A stretch of DNA of 64,000 nt from Elusimicrobiota bacterium. GTDB taxonomy: Bacteria; Elusimicrobiota; Elusimicrobia; F11. Shown one piece after another: positions 62,403 to 64,000 of this stretch (its first letter is position 1; every line of letters begins with the position of its first letter). The stretch spans positions 116,947 to 180,946 of the forward strand of contig JBJXGI010000042.1 in NCBI GenBank assembly GCA_046153645.1, in the 5' to 3' direction. Below the pieces are notes generated by a model. That model saw only the letters and a program-made list of their open reading frames with translations. It did no database searches and was not told where the DNA came from. The position numbers and the translations under genes were made by a program.

Positions 62403-62412
62403 ATATGAGAAA

Positions 62413-63195
62413 TTAAGCGCCTTTAAAGGTGAAAGTTATACTTTTTGTTTCTGAAGCACCAACGGTGACTTTTTGAACAGAAGTGCCATATTTTTCATGC
62501 CAGGCTTCAATTTCATATTCACCCGGAGGCAAATTGGCCAGTGAGAACGAACCATCTTCACCAGTAATAGAAAAATAGGGATGGTTAAACACGCTGATGG
62601 TTCCATGCATCCAAGGATGAACATCGCATTTCACAGGAATTCCAGTTTCAATTTCTGAAAAAGTCTTTTTGTTTTCCATTCCTTGAACGGGTTGACCAAA
62701 GTTGAACCCTTGGTTTTTGGTAGGTCTGGCGTTAACGTTATGAAGAACGCCATCAGAATTACGAACCAATAATTCTTGGCCGGCTTGGAGCGCAACTGCA
62801 TGAGGAACATACAAACAACCAATTTGATCAAGAATGACTGGAGTTGTTGGAGTGGGGAATTTTAAATTCGCATCGAGTCCGCTTTTAACATAAATAACCA
62901 CGTTTTTGAGTGTGTTGTTGGCATTCACAGTCACTTCTTCTGAAAGAACATCGGTGGTATGTTTGGTTTTGCAATAGGCATCAGCGCCCATGGCTAATTT
63001 TTGAGATTTTGGTTTGGCGCCAGTAAATTTGACGCTGCCTGAAACAGTGGCGGCTGTAGCTGAATCAACGGGGTTTTGAACGGCTTGCTCTACGGGAGCG
63101 GCTTCGGTTGGGGCGGCGGCCTGTTCTGATCCGCCTTTTTTGCATCCGCTGAGAGCTAAAAAGCCAGCGGCTAATAAAACGCTAAAACGTGACAT
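62413..63195 (-). CDS. Lipoprotein with cupredoxin-like type-1 Cu motif and carboxypeptidase-regulatory-like beta domain
   Basis: Lipobox LSGC; LDQ.GC.Y.P; HNV...CDVHPWM; DGSFSL.NLPPGEYEIEAWHE; CAGGAGG RBS. Confidence 0.82.
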   Translation of the reverse strand: MSRFSVLLAAGFLALSGCKKGGSEQAAAPTEAAPVEQAVQNPVDSATAATVSGSVKFTGAKPKSQKLAMGADAYCKTKHTTDVLSEEVTVNANNTLKNVVIYVKSGLDANLKFPTPTTPVILDQIGCLYVPHAVALQAGQELLVRNSDGVLHNVNARPTKNQGFNFGQPVQGMENKKTFSEIETGIPVKCDVHPWMHGTISVFNHPYFSITGEDGSFSLANLPPGEYEIEAWHEKYGTSVQKVTVGASETKSITFTFKGA

Positions 63196-63373
63196 ATGAT
63201 ATGCCTCCTGAATTCTCTCCTATTATATTTAAAGATTCGGAAATTCCGAAAAAGGTGAGTTCGAAAAAACACTATCAATCTCTAAGTCATTGGTCAAGAA
63301 CTTGATTTATTTTTTTAATGGTTGTACGGGCCACAGTCAAAGGTGCGTGGTGAGATGGTGTTTGGGTTTTCTA

Positions 63374-63793
63374 TTAAATAATAATCATCTTTATATAAGA
63401 TACCAAAAGAACAATCGAGCATAAAAGAAGCGGCAGGGCTAAAAGAAACATGAAGGCATTAAACTCCATTTTATACATCCACAATCCCAGGTTTATTGCT
63501 CCAAAAATGTAGGGAATCATGGCCCACCAAACAAACCAATTTATTTGGGAAAATATTGAGAGCGGGGAGCCGACAAACTTTTTAAGAATCATGGTGATAC
63601 CGAGCCATAAAGCATAGACAACAGTTGAAAAGAGAATATATCTCAATAAATTGACCGTATACACATTGGTCTCATTTGGTACTTTTGGAAATAAAGTTTG
63701 ATGGTGAGGAATTGAAGCAGAAGCGATGAGAAAGATAAATGGATTTAGAACCGATTTAATCAAGAACATAATGACAACTTTTAAAATAATCAT
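63374..63793 (-). CDS. Hypothetical membrane protein
   Basis: 3-4 hydrophobic segments; GAGGAGG RBS upstream of the ATG. Confidence 0.6.
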   Translation of the reverse strand: MIILKVVIMFLIKSVLNPFIFLIASASIPHHQTLFPKVPNETNVYTVNLLRYILFSTVVYALWLGITMILKKFVGSPLSIFSQINWFVWWAMIPYIFGAINLGLWMYKMEFNAFMFLLALPLLLCSIVLLVSYIKMIII

Positions 63794-63859
63794 AAACTAT
63801 TCCTCCTCTTTCACACTAAAACTTTGCCTGGTTTGGCTCATTTATCGTCGGTAAAAACA

Positions 63860-64000
63860 TTATGACGCAGGTTCTGCACAAACTGTGTCATAACTCTTAA
63901 AAAGTACATAAGAAGTAGAATGCCATAGGGAAGTTGATAATTCAAGGAGAAATTCTTTATGGCGTATATCTATGGCGATCGAGAGCAAACAGTTTTATTT
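63860..64000 (+). mobile_element. Probable left end of an IS1182-family element (inverted repeat plus transposase start at 63959)
   Basis: TTATGACGCAG-N12-CTGTGTCATAA inverted repeat at 63860-63893; AAGGAG RBS; ORF MAYIYGDREQTVLF runs off the edge and resembles IS1182 transposase N-termini. Only 14 codons are visible. Confidence 0.5.

Noticed and set aside
28054..62831. Numerous 60-175 aa alternative-frame or antisense ORFs inside larger genes
   Set aside because: They are nested in well-supported genes and show no recognisable motifs.

Overview
This is a low-GC bacterial chromosome segment containing the replication origin: gyrA-gyrB-dciA-recF-dnaN-[oriC with DnaA boxes]-dnaA on the minus strand, divergent from rpmH-yidD-yidC-mnmE, with no rnpA in its usual slot. 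To the left are a partial M1 aminopeptidase, an O-antigen-ligase-like gene and a TolC/MacAB-type exporter headed by a receiver-domain::Yip1 fusion. To the right are (i) a histidine kinase fused at its C-terminus to a signal/TM segment and a catalytically degenerate thermonuclease domain, coupled to an Fe-S PD-(D/E)XK nuclease and a uracil-DNA glycosylase; (ii) metabolic and envelope genes, LemA plus a GIDE/EF-hand protein, and tRNA-Glu(CTC); (iii) a carotenoid operon (crtY-crtE-crtI-crtB-unknown-GT2) whose unknown membrane protein has a duplicated DxxxH...ExxxH motif and may be a new carotenoid-oxygenating enzyme; (iv) a complete A1-type heme-copper oxidase operon with assembly genes, led by a cupredoxin-like lipoprotein and with no cytochrome c; and (v) what looks like the start of an IS1182-like transposase at the right edge. 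Two CGTC-type palindromic repeats, several intrinsic terminators and a recurring leaderless-promoter pattern are also visible. The gene content suggests a diderm capable of aerobic respiration; Elusimicrobiota is my unverified impression. No CRISPR array, rRNA or prophage was seen. All family assignments come from motif recognition by eye, not database searches.
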